Origin: a bacterium
Lineage (GTDB): Bacteria; Myxococcota_A; Bradymonadia; UBA7976; UBA1532
Reading direction: 5' to 3'
Assembly: GCA_030426085.1 (NCBI GenBank)
Contig: JAUHYW010000060.1
Location: 1 to 64,000 of the forward strand
Length of the DNA stretch: 64,000 bases
A program made the translations under genes and the position numbers. Shown piece after piece: positions 8,387-18,500 of this stretch. The notes beneath the pieces are model-generated. The model saw nothing but the letters and a program-made list of their open reading frames with translations, was not told the DNA's origin and searched no databases. Each line of letters starts with the position of its first letter. Within the stretch, counting starts at the first letter, position 1.

Positions 8387-10711
8387 ATGGCCGAAAGCGG
8401 CACCCGGCTCGGCCGGCTGTGGGTCGGGCTGATCGTCCGCCAGCCGTTCGTGGCCATCCTGCTGGGGCTGCTCATCGTCGCCGCCCTCGGCCCCGGCGTG
8501 CGCCACCTGCGGGCCGAGTTCACCTACCGGGTCTGGTTCGGCGAGGGCGACCCGCTGCTCGCCGCGTTCGACGACTTCGAGCGCACCTTCGGCAACGACC
8601 AGTCGGCCATCGTGCTGGTCAACAGCCCCTCGGGCATCTTCGACGTCGAGTCGGCGACCCTGCTGCGCGAGCTGACCGAGAAGATGTGGACCGCGCCCGA
8701 TGTGATCCGGGTCGACTCGCTGGCCAACTTCAACTGGGTGCACGACGAGGACGGCGACATGGTCGTCGAGCCGCTCATCCCCGACATCGGGCCGCTCGAC
8801 GCCGAGGTGCTCGCCGAGCGGCAGAAGGTGGCTCTGGAACACGAGCTGGTGCCGGGCTACCTGGTCGGCACCAACGCCCGGACGGCCGTGATCTACGCCC
8901 GGCTTCAGCCCAAGCTGGACGGGGTGGCCGACTTCCCCGAGCTCATCGCGGGCATCGACGCCATCATCGACGGCTTCCGGGGGCGGGGCGACCACCGGTT
9001 CTACATCACCGGCTCGCCGATGGTGGCCTACAGCTTCCGCGAGGCGGCCCAGAGCGACGTGCGCTCGATATTGCCCATCGCCGGCGGGCTGGTGCTCTTC
9101 TGCCTCGCCTGGGCCCTGCGCCGGTTCAGCGGGGTGGCGCTGACGGTGCTGGTGCTCGCCGGCACCGCCGCGGCGACCCTGGGCGCGGCGGGCTTCCTCG
9201 ACCGCCCGATCAACAACCTCACCGCGTCGATCCCGCAGTTCCTCATCGCGATCGCCATCGCGACCGGGGTGCATGTGCTCAAACGCTTCGACCAGTTCTA
9301 TGCCCCCGGCGTCGAGCGGGCCGAGGCGGTGCGGCTGTCGCTGCACGCCAACCTGCTGCCGACGCTCTTGACCAGCCTGACCACCGCCATCGGCTTCTTG
9401 AGCTTCTCGGGGGCCGACGTCATCCCGGTGCGCGATCTGGGGGTGATCTCGGGCATCGGCACCCTGTCGGCGTGGGCCCTGACCTACCTCGTCGGCGGCG
9501 GGCTGCTGGTGCTGCTGCCGCTGAAGCCGCGCCGGCTCGAGAAGCGCCACTGGTCGTGGGGCGCCCGGGCGGCCCGCGTCCTCGCCCGGCGCAAGGGCTG
9601 GATCCTGGCGGGCTACGTCGGGGTCACCGCGTTCGCGATCTGGCTGGCGCTGTCGCTGAAGGTCGACTCGGACTACTTCGCCTACTTCGCCGATGAGGCC
9701 CCGATCAACGTCGCCACCCAGCGGCTCGAGACCGACGTCGGCGGCGGGCTGGCGGTGGAGATGGTCATCGACACCGGGGAGAAGGGCGGCATCAAGGATC
9801 CGGACTTCCTGCGCCGGGTCGACCGCTTCGCCGACTGGCTGCGCACCCAGGACTACGTCACCAGCGCGGTGTCGGTGGTGGACTTCCTCAAGGCGACCAA
9901 CCGCACCCTCGAGGGGGGGGCCGACGCCGCCTACCGCCTGCCCGAGACCCGGGAGGCGGTGGCCCAGCAGTACCTGCTGTACACCATGAGCCTGCCCCAG
10001 GGCATGGACCTCAACGACCGGGTGAGCATCGACGAGTCGGCCATCCGGCTGACCTCGCTGTGGCGGCTGCACAACTCGCTGGCGGTGCTGCCCGAGCTCG
10101 AGCGCATCGAAGCCGAGGCCGAGGCGGCGGGGCTGGACGTGGTGTCGACCGGCAAGAACCTGCTGCTCTTGCAGATGAACCCGTACGTGGTCGACACCTT
10201 CGTGACCTCGGTGGGCATCGCGCTGCTGACGGTGAGCCTGCTGCTGATGATGGTGCTGCGCTCGATCAAGCTGGGGGCGCTGGCCATGATCCCCAACATG
10301 ATCCCGCTGCTCTTCGGGGCGGCGCTCATCGCGGCGCTGGGGCAGAGCCTCGACATCGGCACCATCGTCGCCTTCGGGGTCTGCCTGGGCATCGCGGTGG
10401 ACGACACGGTGCACTTCCTGTCCCACTACGACGAGTATCGCCGCTCGGGTCTGTCGCCGCTGGATTCGGTGGCCCGCATCTTCGACCGCACGATGCCGGC
10501 CCTGGTGACCACCACGGTGACCCTGGTGATCGCGTTCGGCGTCTTCGCCTTCTCGTCTTTCGTGCCCAACCGCATGTTCGGCCTGCTGGTGGCCTTCATC
10601 CTCGTCGTCGCGCTGACCACCGATATGTTCCTGCTGCCGGCGCTGATGCTGCGGCGGGACGCCGGCGCGACCCCTGCGAACCCGAACCCCGGGAGCGAAC
10701 CCCACCGATGA
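8387..10711 (+). CDS. MMPL/RND-superfamily exporter (HpnN-like lipid transporter family)
   Basis: 774 aa with two hydrophobic TM blocks each preceded by a large periplasmic loop. Typical MMPL/SSD organisation. Confidence 0.8.
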   Translation: MAESGTRLGRLWVGLIVRQPFVAILLGLLIVAALGPGVRHLRAEFTYRVWFGEGDPLLAAFDDFERTFGNDQSAIVLVNSPSGIFDVESATLLRELTEKMWTAPDVIRVDSLANFNWVHDEDGDMVVEPLIPDIGPLDAEVLAERQKVALEHELVPGYLVGTNARTAVIYARLQPKLDGVADFPELIAGIDAIIDGFRGRGDHRFYITGSPMVAYSFREAAQSDVRSILPIAGGLVLFCLAWALRRFSGVALTVLVLAGTAAATLGAAGFLDRPINNLTASIPQFLIAIAIATGVHVLKRFDQFYAPGVERAEAVRLSLHANLLPTLLTSLTTAIGFLSFSGADVIPVRDLGVISGIGTLSAWALTYLVGGGLLVLLPLKPRRLEKRHWSWGARAARVLARRKGWILAGYVGVTAFAIWLALSLKVDSDYFAYFADEAPINVATQRLETDVGGGLAVEMVIDTGEKGGIKDPDFLRRVDRFADWLRTQDYVTSAVSVVDFLKATNRTLEGGADAAYRLPETREAVAQQYLLYTMSLPQGMDLNDRVSIDESAIRLTSLWRLHNSLAVLPELERIEAEAEAAGLDVVSTGKNLLLLQMNPYVVDTFVTSVGIALLTVSLLLMMVLRSIKLGALAMIPNMIPLLFGAALIAALGQSLDIGTIVAFGVCLGIAVDDTVHFLSHYDEYRRSGLSPLDSVARIFDRTMPALVTTTVTLVIAFGVFAFSSFVPNRMFGLLVAFILVVALTTDMFLLPALMLRRDAGATPANPNPGSEPHR

Positions 10712-11382
10712 TCGATCCGTTGACCCTCGACGAGCTGCGCGAAGACTACGGGGCCACCCCCCGGCGCATCGACACCCGGCTGCTGCCGCTCACCCGCATC
10801 GCGACCGGCCCCAAGCAGCCGTTCCCCACCGTGAAGCTGCTGGTGATGAGCGCGCTGGTCTACGGGGCGGGGGTCGGCATCTGCCTGGCCCTCGACGAGC
10901 GCCCCGAGCTGGGCATGATGCTGGCCGCCCCCATCTGGATGGGCATCGGCATCGGCATGATCCGGGCCGCCTCGCCCTCGGCCCGCACCGGCAAGCTGCT
11001 CGAGACGGCGACCCTGGTCGAGGGCCGGGCGATCAAGGCCCACGGGCGGCTGTACCAGCCGGGGGACGAGCCCGAGGTCGCGGCGGTGGCCTTCAGCACG
11101 TCCGAGGATCACCGCTTCGACCGGCTGTATCTGCGGGACGTCGTCAAGAAGGTGCGCGCGGCGGCCGAGGCGAAGACCCCCCCGGCCGAGCTGGCCGATG
11201 TGGCCGCCCGGGTCGACGCCGACGGGCCGCCGGTGAAGGTGCCCTCGTCGGTCGCCCCCGACGGCGAGACCTGGGTCGCCCGGGTGATCGTGGATCCCAA
11301 GCGGCTGCCCGAGGCGAAGCTGGTCGATCACGCGGTGCCGCTGCTGGTGCGGCCGGCCGAGGGGCTGGCGGCTCACGTCTGA
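10708..11382 (+). CDS. Membrane protein of unknown function (2 TM + soluble domain)
   Basis: ATGA start/stop overlap with the MMPL gene. TM helices LLVMSALVYGAGVGICLAL and LAAPIWMGIGIGMI. Confidence 0.5.
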   Translation: MIDPLTLDELREDYGATPRRIDTRLLPLTRIATGPKQPFPTVKLLVMSALVYGAGVGICLALDERPELGMMLAAPIWMGIGIGMIRAASPSARTGKLLETATLVEGRAIKAHGRLYQPGDEPEVAAVAFSTSEDHRFDRLYLRDVVKKVRAAAEAKTPPAELADVAARVDADGPPVKVPSSVAPDGETWVARVIVDPKRLPEAKLVDHAVPLLVRPAEGLAAHV

Positions 11383-12713
11383 TGGGGGTCGATCTGCCCG
11401 GTCCCCGGGGCACGCTGCGCCCGCTGCTGGCGTTCAACGCCGATCCGGTCGGCTGCCTGCGGCGGTGGCACGCCGAGTTCGGGGACGTCGTCGGGCTGCG
11501 GATCGCCTCGATCCAGTTGGTGTCGCTGCGGGGCGCCGACGACGTGGCGGCGGTGCTGCTCGACCGGCAGCAGGCGTTCGTCAAGGACGCCTTCACCCGC
11601 GGGCTGTCCCGGGTCCTGGGGCAGGGGCTCCTGACCAGCGAGGGGGCCCACTGGCGCGGGCGGCGCAAGCTCATCGCGCCGACGCTGCGCCGGTCCCACA
11701 TCCGTCATTACGCCGAGGTCTTCGTGGCCCACGCCCGCCGCTGGGTCGAGCGGGTCGAGGGCGAGGTCGACCTGCACCACGAGATGATGGGCCTGACCCT
11801 GGGCATCGTCGCCGAGGGGCTGTTTGCCGCCGAGCAGGCGGCCGACGTCGATCGGGTGGGCGCGCTGGTCGAGCAGATCATGGCGGCCCACATCCAGACC
11901 GAGCGGAGCTGGCAGATGGTGCTGCCGGCGTGGCTGCCGCTCTCCCCGAAGTGGCGCATCGATCGGGCGGCGGCGGGGGTGACCGCGCTGATCGATCGGC
12001 TGATCGCCGAGCGGCGGTCCCGGCCCCCGGGCGACGATCTGCTGTGGCGGCTGCTCGAGGCCCGGGGCGAGGGCGGGCACGCGCTCGACGCCGAGGGGCT
12101 GCGCGACGAGTCGGCGACGCTGTTTCTGGCGGGGCACGAGACGACCGCCCTGGCGCTGACGTTCGCGGTGGAGCTGCTCGGGCGCCACCCGGACGCGATG
12201 GGCCGGCTGCGGGCCGAGGTGGCCGCGCTGGGCGACCGCCTGCCGACGGCCGACGACATGCCGGCCCTGGCCTGGACCGCGGCGGTAATCAAGGAGGCGA
12301 TGCGGCTCTACCCGCCGGCGTGGGTCATCGGCCGGGAGTCGGTGAAGCCGGTGGCGATCGGCGAGCACACGCTGCCCGCGGGGGCGACGGTGCTGGTCCC
12401 GATCGACGCGATGCACCGGGACCCGGCCCGCTTCCCCGACCCGGGGGTCTTCCGCCCCGAGCGCTGGCTCGACGGCGCGCCGCGCGGCCGCTGGGACTAC
12501 CTGCCGTTCGGCGGCGGGGCCCGGGTGTGCGTGGGCAACCACTTCGCGCTGATGGAGGCGGTGCTGGTGCTGGCCACGATGGTCCGGGGGGCCCGCTTCG
12601 AGCTGCTGCGCCCGACGCCGCCCCGCCTGATGGCCTCGATCACCCTTCGTCCGGTGGACGGTCTGCCGGTCCGGGTGACTCGAACACCCGCCGGGGCCGC
12701 AGGCTGCGAATGA
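11382..12713 (+). CDS. Cytochrome P450
   Basis: Heme-binding loop FGGGARVCVGNHFA (FxxGxRxCxG). ETxR-like EAMRLYPP. 443 aa. ATG overlaps the upstream stop (TGATG). Confidence 0.85.
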   Translation: MGVDLPGPRGTLRPLLAFNADPVGCLRRWHAEFGDVVGLRIASIQLVSLRGADDVAAVLLDRQQAFVKDAFTRGLSRVLGQGLLTSEGAHWRGRRKLIAPTLRRSHIRHYAEVFVAHARRWVERVEGEVDLHHEMMGLTLGIVAEGLFAAEQAADVDRVGALVEQIMAAHIQTERSWQMVLPAWLPLSPKWRIDRAAAGVTALIDRLIAERRSRPPGDDLLWRLLEARGEGGHALDAEGLRDESATLFLAGHETTALALTFAVELLGRHPDAMGRLRAEVAALGDRLPTADDMPALAWTAAVIKEAMRLYPPAWVIGRESVKPVAIGEHTLPAGATVLVPIDAMHRDPARFPDPGVFRPERWLDGAPRGRWDYLPFGGGARVCVGNHFALMEAVLVLATMVRGARFELLRPTPPRLMASITLRPVDGLPVRVTRTPAGAAGCE

Positions 12714-12903
12714 CGACCTCGGCGTGCGCGTCGGGGGTGTCGCACCACGCCGCGTGGTGCAGCGGGCTGTAGCCCTCGGTGCCGGTGACGCAGCCGTCGA
12801 GCCCCTCCCGCCGGATGAACTCGTCGACGTGGCGCCGGAAGTGCTCGGCGGTGCCCGCCGCCTGCCCCCCGGTGAAGTCCCAGTAGAAGCGTCGCATGAT
12901 CAT
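12640..12903 (-). CDS. Small hypothetical ORF (87 aa), convergently overlapping the P450 3' end
   Basis: MIMRRFYWDFTGG...HFRRHVDEFIRREGLDGCV. No recognisable family. Could be spurious in high-GC DNA. Confidence 0.25.
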   Translation of the reverse strand: MIMRRFYWDFTGGQAAGTAEHFRRHVDEFIRREGLDGCVTGTEGYSPLHHAAWCDTPDAHAEVVIRSLRPRRVFESPGPADRPPDEG

Positions 12904-13003
12904 CTGATGCCCCGGTGCGCCGCTTCGGCGCAACTGCGCTCTTTCGGTGCACCACGATCGGGCATCGGGGCGCCGGCTGCGCCGCTCTGGCGGGCGCTGC
13001 GGG

Positions 13004-13018
13004 TGGCACGGCGGTTGC
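13004..13018 (+). promoter_or_regulatory. Sigma-54 (RpoN) -24/-12 promoter element TGGCAC-N5-TTGC
   Basis: tggcacggcggttgc matches consensus GG-N10-GC exactly. It lies ~35 nt upstream of the MVP-like ATG, with GGAGG RBS at 13042..13046. Confidence 0.45.
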
Positions 13019-13052
13019 GAATCGGGGTTGGCACCACCGAGGAGGCATTCCG

Positions 13053-15413
13053 ATGGACAACCGCCGTGAACGGGAGCTGGTGCTGGCCCCCAACGAATAC
13101 GCCTACGTGCTCGACACCACCAAGGGCCACATCAACTGCTATGTGGGCCCCAACAAGACCAGCCTGGCCCAGACCGACCAGCCGGTGGTGTTCAACAGCG
13201 GCTCGAAGCGCTTCGAGCCGGCGGTGCTCGAGGACGCGGTGCGCCTCTTCGCCACCGCCCCGGCCAACTGGTACATCGCGCTGAAGAACCCCGCCCGCGA
13301 CCGGGTGCACCCCAACCCGGGGGTGGCCAGCGTGGCCCCCGAGCTGCTCGTCGGGCTCAAGCACAACGTGCCGGGGCCGGCGGCGTTCGCCCTGTGGCCG
13401 GGGCAGATGGCGCGGGTGATCGAGGGCCACCGGCTGCGGGCCGACGAGTACCTCTACGTGCGCATCTACGACGCCGGGGCCGCCGCCGAGGCCGGCTGGC
13501 GGGCGCTGGGGCTGGCCGACGACCACGCCGAGCAGCCGCCCCGGTTCGCGGTGGGCCAGGGCTACGTGATCAAGGGCACCGACACCCGGTTCTACATCCC
13601 GCCGACCGGGGTCGAGGTCGTGCCCGAGGACGGGGGGAACTTCGTGCGGGCGGCGGTGCGGCTCGAGCGGCTGGAGTACTGCGTGCTGGTGGGCCACGAC
13701 GGCCAGCGGCGCACCATCCGGGGCGAGGCGATCGTCTTCCCCGGGCCCGACGAGCGGTTCGTGGTGCGCGAGGGGCGGCGCAAGTTCGAGGCGATCGAGC
13801 TCAGCGAGACCACCGGGCTGCACGTCAAGGTCACCGCGCCCTACACCGAGGCCGACGGCACCGCGCGCCGGGAGGGCGAGGAGCTGTTCATCACCGGCAG
13901 CGGGGTCATCTACTTCCCCCGCGACGCGCACGCGATCATCCGCCAGGGGGGCCGGGCGCTGCACCAGGCGGTGGCCATCCCCCGGGGCGAGGGGCGCTAC
14001 GTGCTGAGCCGGCACACCGGCGAGGTGGCGCTCAAGCGGGGGCCGGCGATGTTCCTGCCCGACCCCCGCCACGAGGTGATCATCCGCCGGGTGCTCGACG
14101 ACCGGGAGTGCGCGCTGCTCTTCCCGGGCAACCCCGACGCGCGGGCCTTCGGCCGGGCGGACGGGCGGCGGCCGGCGGCCGAGCCGAAGCCGGGGCGCAA
14201 GAGCCGGGGCGAGGGCGGGTCGGGCGCGCCGCTGGCGGTGGTCCGGCCGGCGTTCGAAGGGCCCCGCACGATCACCCTCGACACCCGCTACGCGGGCGCG
14301 GTGCGGGTCGACGTGCGGGCCGGCTTCGCGGTGCAGGTGGTCGACCAGAGCGGCGCCCGGCGGGTCGAGCAGGGGCCGACGGCGCTGTTGCTGGGCTACG
14401 ACGAGATGCTCCAGCCGCTGACGCTGTCCACCGGCACCCCCAAGTCCGACGCCCGCCGGCTGGAGACCGCCTACTTGCAGACCACCGGCAACAAGGTCGG
14501 CGACCGGCTGCTGCTGGTGACCCGGGATCAGGTCCGGGCCGAGCTGACCCTGGCCTATCGGGTCGACTTCGACGGCCCGCCCGAGCGGTGGTTCGCCGTC
14601 GAGGACTACGTCAAGCTGCTGTGCGACCACGCCGGCTCGATGATCAAGGCCCGGGCCCGCAAGCTGGACGTCGTGGCGTTGCAGGGCGACCTGACCCCGG
14701 TGGTGCGGGATCTCATCCTGGGGCCCCGGGGCGAGGGCGGCGAGCGGCCGGGGCTGGGGTTCTCCGAGAACGGCATGCGGGTCTACGACGTGGAGGTGCT
14801 CGCGCTCGAGATCGTCGACGAGGCGGTGCGGGCGCTGCTCGACGAGGCTCAGCTCGACGCGATGCAGCAGGCGCTGGCGGTGGGCGCCCGGGAGGCCGAG
14901 GTGGCCCGCCGACAGCGGCTGGAGGACGCCGAGCGGGCGCTGGATCGGGCGCTGGACGAGACCGCCGCGCTGCGGGCGGGCATCGCCGCCGAGCAGGCCC
15001 GCCGGGGCCATACCGAGGCCACCGCCGAGCGGGAGCGGCGGCTGGCCCTGGCCCGGATGGAGGCCGAGCAGGACCGGCTCGAGCTGGAGGCCGAGCTGGC
15101 GCTGCGGGCCCGGCGGCTGGCGGCAGAGGAGGCCGAGGACGCCGCCCGGCTCGAGAGCCGGCGGGCGAAGCAGGCGCTCGACCTGGAGGCGCTCGCCGCC
15201 CGGGTCGAGGGCGCGGTGCGGGCGGCGCAGGCGTTCGACCCCCACGTCGTGCACGCGGTCAACCGCCTCGGCGACCAGCAACTCGCCGCCGCCCTGGCCG
15301 AGAACTTCGGCGAGCTGGCGGCGGTGGAGGGCCGGGGGCTCTTGGAGACCGCCCGCAAGTTCCTCGACTTCGTGCCCGCCAGCCTCATGCCCCAGCTCCG
15401 CGAGCCGGGCTGA
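13053..15413 (+). CDS. Major vault protein (MVP) homolog: MVP repeat domains + SPFH-like shoulder + coiled-coil cap-helix
   Basis: N-terminus LAPNEYAYVLDTTKGHINCYVGPNKTSL... parallels MVP repeat 1 ([26 protein letters not shown]). Shoulder region LAYRVDFD...FAVEDYVKLLCDHAGSMIKARARKLDVVAL parallels MVP LAYNWHFE...[27 protein letters not shown]. The C-terminal ~150 aa is an Ala/Arg/Glu-rich coiled coil like the vault cap-helix. Confidence 0.75.
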   Translation: MDNRRERELVLAPNEYAYVLDTTKGHINCYVGPNKTSLAQTDQPVVFNSGSKRFEPAVLEDAVRLFATAPANWYIALKNPARDRVHPNPGVASVAPELLVGLKHNVPGPAAFALWPGQMARVIEGHRLRADEYLYVRIYDAGAAAEAGWRALGLADDHAEQPPRFAVGQGYVIKGTDTRFYIPPTGVEVVPEDGGNFVRAAVRLERLEYCVLVGHDGQRRTIRGEAIVFPGPDERFVVREGRRKFEAIELSETTGLHVKVTAPYTEADGTARREGEELFITGSGVIYFPRDAHAIIRQGGRALHQAVAIPRGEGRYVLSRHTGEVALKRGPAMFLPDPRHEVIIRRVLDDRECALLFPGNPDARAFGRADGRRPAAEPKPGRKSRGEGGSGAPLAVVRPAFEGPRTITLDTRYAGAVRVDVRAGFAVQVVDQSGARRVEQGPTALLLGYDEMLQPLTLSTGTPKSDARRLETAYLQTTGNKVGDRLLLVTRDQVRAELTLAYRVDFDGPPERWFAVEDYVKLLCDHAGSMIKARARKLDVVALQGDLTPVVRDLILGPRGEGGERPGLGFSENGMRVYDVEVLALEIVDEAVRALLDEAQLDAMQQALAVGAREAEVARRQRLEDAERALDRALDETAALRAGIAAEQARRGHTEATAERERRLALARMEAEQDRLELEAELALRARRLAAEEAEDAARLESRRAKQALDLEALAARVEGAVRAAQAFDPHVVHAVNRLGDQQLAAALAENFGELAAVEGRGLLETARKFLDFVPASLMPQLREPG

Positions 15414-15596
15414 TCGGCCCGGCGGGGCCCGACACCCGCAAATGCTCTTCGGTTGACGGGACAAGTGGTGTCCGCCGCCGGTCATCCGTTACATTCCTCA
15501 TATGCTGGCTCGGGCGCGGCGGCTGCCCGTCCGGCCGGAGGATGGAGCGCAAGGGGAGTGATGCAGGGCGGAGAGCATGCCCGCGGCGGCAGGAAG

Positions 15597-18500
15597 ATGG
15601 CGGCGCTGGCGCTGGCGATGGTCGGCCTGGCGCTGGGCTGCGGGGATCCCGAGGCCCTGGACCCGCCGCTCGAGCCCGACGCGGCGCTGTGCGGTTCGGG
15701 CTTCGACACGGTCGGCGATGAGTGCGTCGACATCGACGAGTGCGCGGCCGACCCCGGCCCGTGCGACGCGCGCACCACCTGCATCAACCTGCGCGGCGGC
15801 TTCTCGTGCGGCGCGTGCCCCGAGGGCTACGTGGGCGACGGGCTCGTCGACGGCGAGGGGTGCACCCTCGACTGCCCGCCGGGGCAGGCCGACGGCGGCG
15901 GCGGGCGGTGCGCGCCCCGGGGCACCTGCAATCCGGGCTACGAGCCGGGCCCCGACGGCGGCTGCGCGCCGCTGCAATGCCCGCCCGATCAGCACTTCGA
16001 CGGGGCCGAGGGCTGCGTGCCGCTCGGCGAGTGCGCCCCGGGGTTCGCGCCGGACGACGCGGGGGACTGCGTGGCCGGGCCGTGCCCCGCCGGTGAGCAC
16101 GACGACGGGACCGGGGCCTGCGCGCCGGAGGGCGAGTGCGCCGAGGGCTACCGGCTCGACGCGGCCGGCGACTGCGCGCCGCTGCCCGAGTGCCCCGAGG
16201 GCGAGCACCCGATCGGCGACGGGTCGTGCGGCCCCGCGGGCACCTGCGTCGATGGCTACGCGCTCGACGCCCAGGGCGACTGCCGCCCGCTGAGCTGCCC
16301 CGAGGACGACCCCCGCGAGCCGGACGACACCCCCGCCGAGGCCGACCCGCTGACCCCCGACGAGGCGGTGATCGGCGTCGCCTGCCCCGATGATCCGGAT
16401 CACTTCGCGCTGGACCCCGGCGCCCGCTGCCGGGTGGTGGCGGCCCTCACGGCGGTGGGATCCGAGCCGCTCGAGGCCGCGCTGACCCTGGTCGACGAGG
16501 GCGGGCGGCTGCTGACCGACGCCCCGGGGGGCGAGGCCCGCCTCGAGGTGGCCGGGCCGCTCTTCGCGGCGGTCGCGGGGGCCGGGCTGTACCGATTGCA
16601 GGTGCGATTCGAGGGCCACGATGGGGGCGACGGGGCCTGCGTCGAGCTCGGCGTGTGCTCTCCGGGCTACGCCGAGGACGACGCCGGGGCCTGCACGCGG
16701 TGCGCGGCCGGCTTCCGTGATGGGGGCGGCGGGGCCTGCGTGCCGCTGGGGGCCTGCGCGCCGGGCTTCGCGCTCGACCTGGACGGGTCGTGCCGGCAGA
16801 CGGCCGCGTGCCCGCCCGGCGCCCGGGACGACGGGGCCGGCGACTGCGCGCCCGACGGCGACCCCTGCGCCCCGGGCTTCGGCGACGACGGGGCCGGCGG
16901 CTGCGCCCCGCCGGGGGTCTGCGCGGCGGGCTTCGTGCTCGACGTGCTCGACCGCTGCCGGATGGCGACCGCGTGCCCCGTCGGCGAGCGCGACACCGGG
17001 GACGGCGCGTGCGGCGGGCCGTGCGCGTCGGGCTATCACGGCGGGGGCGGCGAGCCCGGGATCTGCCTGCCGGCGGGCGACTGCGCGCCGGGCTGGGTCG
17101 AGCGGGGGGACGGGACCTGCGACCGGGCCTGCCTCGGCGGCCTGGAGCGGGCCGGCGCGGTCTGTGTCGAGGACTTCACCTGCCCGGCGGACGACGGGAC
17201 CGAGGTGGACGAGCCGCGGGAGCTGAGCCCGGGGGCCAGCAAGTACGGGGTCGTGTGCCCGGGGGACGCCGACCGCTTCCGCCTCGCGCCGCCCACCGGC
17301 TGCGGGGTGCGCTTCATCTTGCGCTTCGACCCCGCCGAGGGGCCGCTGGTGCTCGAGGTCGGGGCCGAGGCGGCGCCGGCGACCGGCCGGGACGCGCCCG
17401 AGGGGCAGCGGCTGGTCGTCGAGGGGGTCGTCGGGCCGCTGGCGGTGCGGGTCCGGGGGGCCGACGACGAGGCCGGGGCCCGCTACGCGCTGCGGGTCGA
17501 CCTCGACGGCCACGACGGGGGCGACGGGACCTGCCAGCCGCTGGGGGCCTGCGCGGTGGGCTACGCGCTCGCGGCGGACGACAGCGGGGCCTGTGATCGC
17601 TGCGCGCCGGGCTTCGAGGACGGGGACGGCGGCGCGCCGGGCGTCGTCTGCGTGCCCGAAGGGGACTGCGCCGAGGGCTTCCACGACGGCGGCGACGGCG
17701 TCTGCGTGCCGGACGATCGCTGCGCGCCGGGCTTCGCGGACGGGGACGGCGACCGCCCGGGCATCGTCTGCGTGCCCGAGGGCACCTGCGCGGCGGGCTT
17801 CCACGACGGGGGCGACGGGGGCTGCGTGCCGGTCGACGCCTGCGCCGAGGGCTTCCACGACGGCGACGGCGCGGGCCCGGGCACCGTCTGCGTGCCCGAG
17901 GGGGCGTGCAGCGCGGGCTTCCACGACGGCGGCGACGGGGGCTGCGTGGCCCGGGGCGACTGCGCCGAGGGCTTCCACGACGGCGACGGCGCGGGGCCCG
18001 GCGACCGCTGCCTGCCGACGGGCGCGTGCCTGCGCGGGTGGCACGACGGGGGCGACGGGGTGTGCGTCGAGCGGGGGCTGTGCCGCGAGGGCTACCTCGA
18101 CCGGGGCGACGGGGTGTGCGTCGAGAACCTCTTGTTCGGCACCGTCTGCGCGCCGGGCCGGGGCTTCGCCTTCGAAGACGGCGGGGTCTGCGTCTGCAAC
18201 GAGGGCACCCGCGACGGGGGCGACGGGCGCTGCGTGCCGGAGGGCGCCTGCTCGCCCGGCTTCCGCCCCGACGCGCCGGAGACCGACGATCAGGGCGAGG
18301 CGCCGGCCTGCGCCCCGGTCGGGATCTGCGCCGCGGGGCACCACTCGACGCCGTGGGGGGCGTGCCGACCGACGGCGGCCTGCCCCGCGGGCGAGCGGGA
18401 CGACGGCATCGGGGCCTGCGTGCCCGAGGTGGCCGGCTGCGCCGACGGGTTCGCCGTCCGGGGCGAGGTGTGCGCCGCGCCGCCGGCCTGCGGGCCGGGG

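Noticed and set aside
12724-13284. 186-aa plus-strand ORF upstream of and overlapping the MVP start
   Set aside because: Arg/Ala/Pro-rich with no motif. It overlaps the sigma-54 element and the MVP N-terminus in another frame. Judged spurious.
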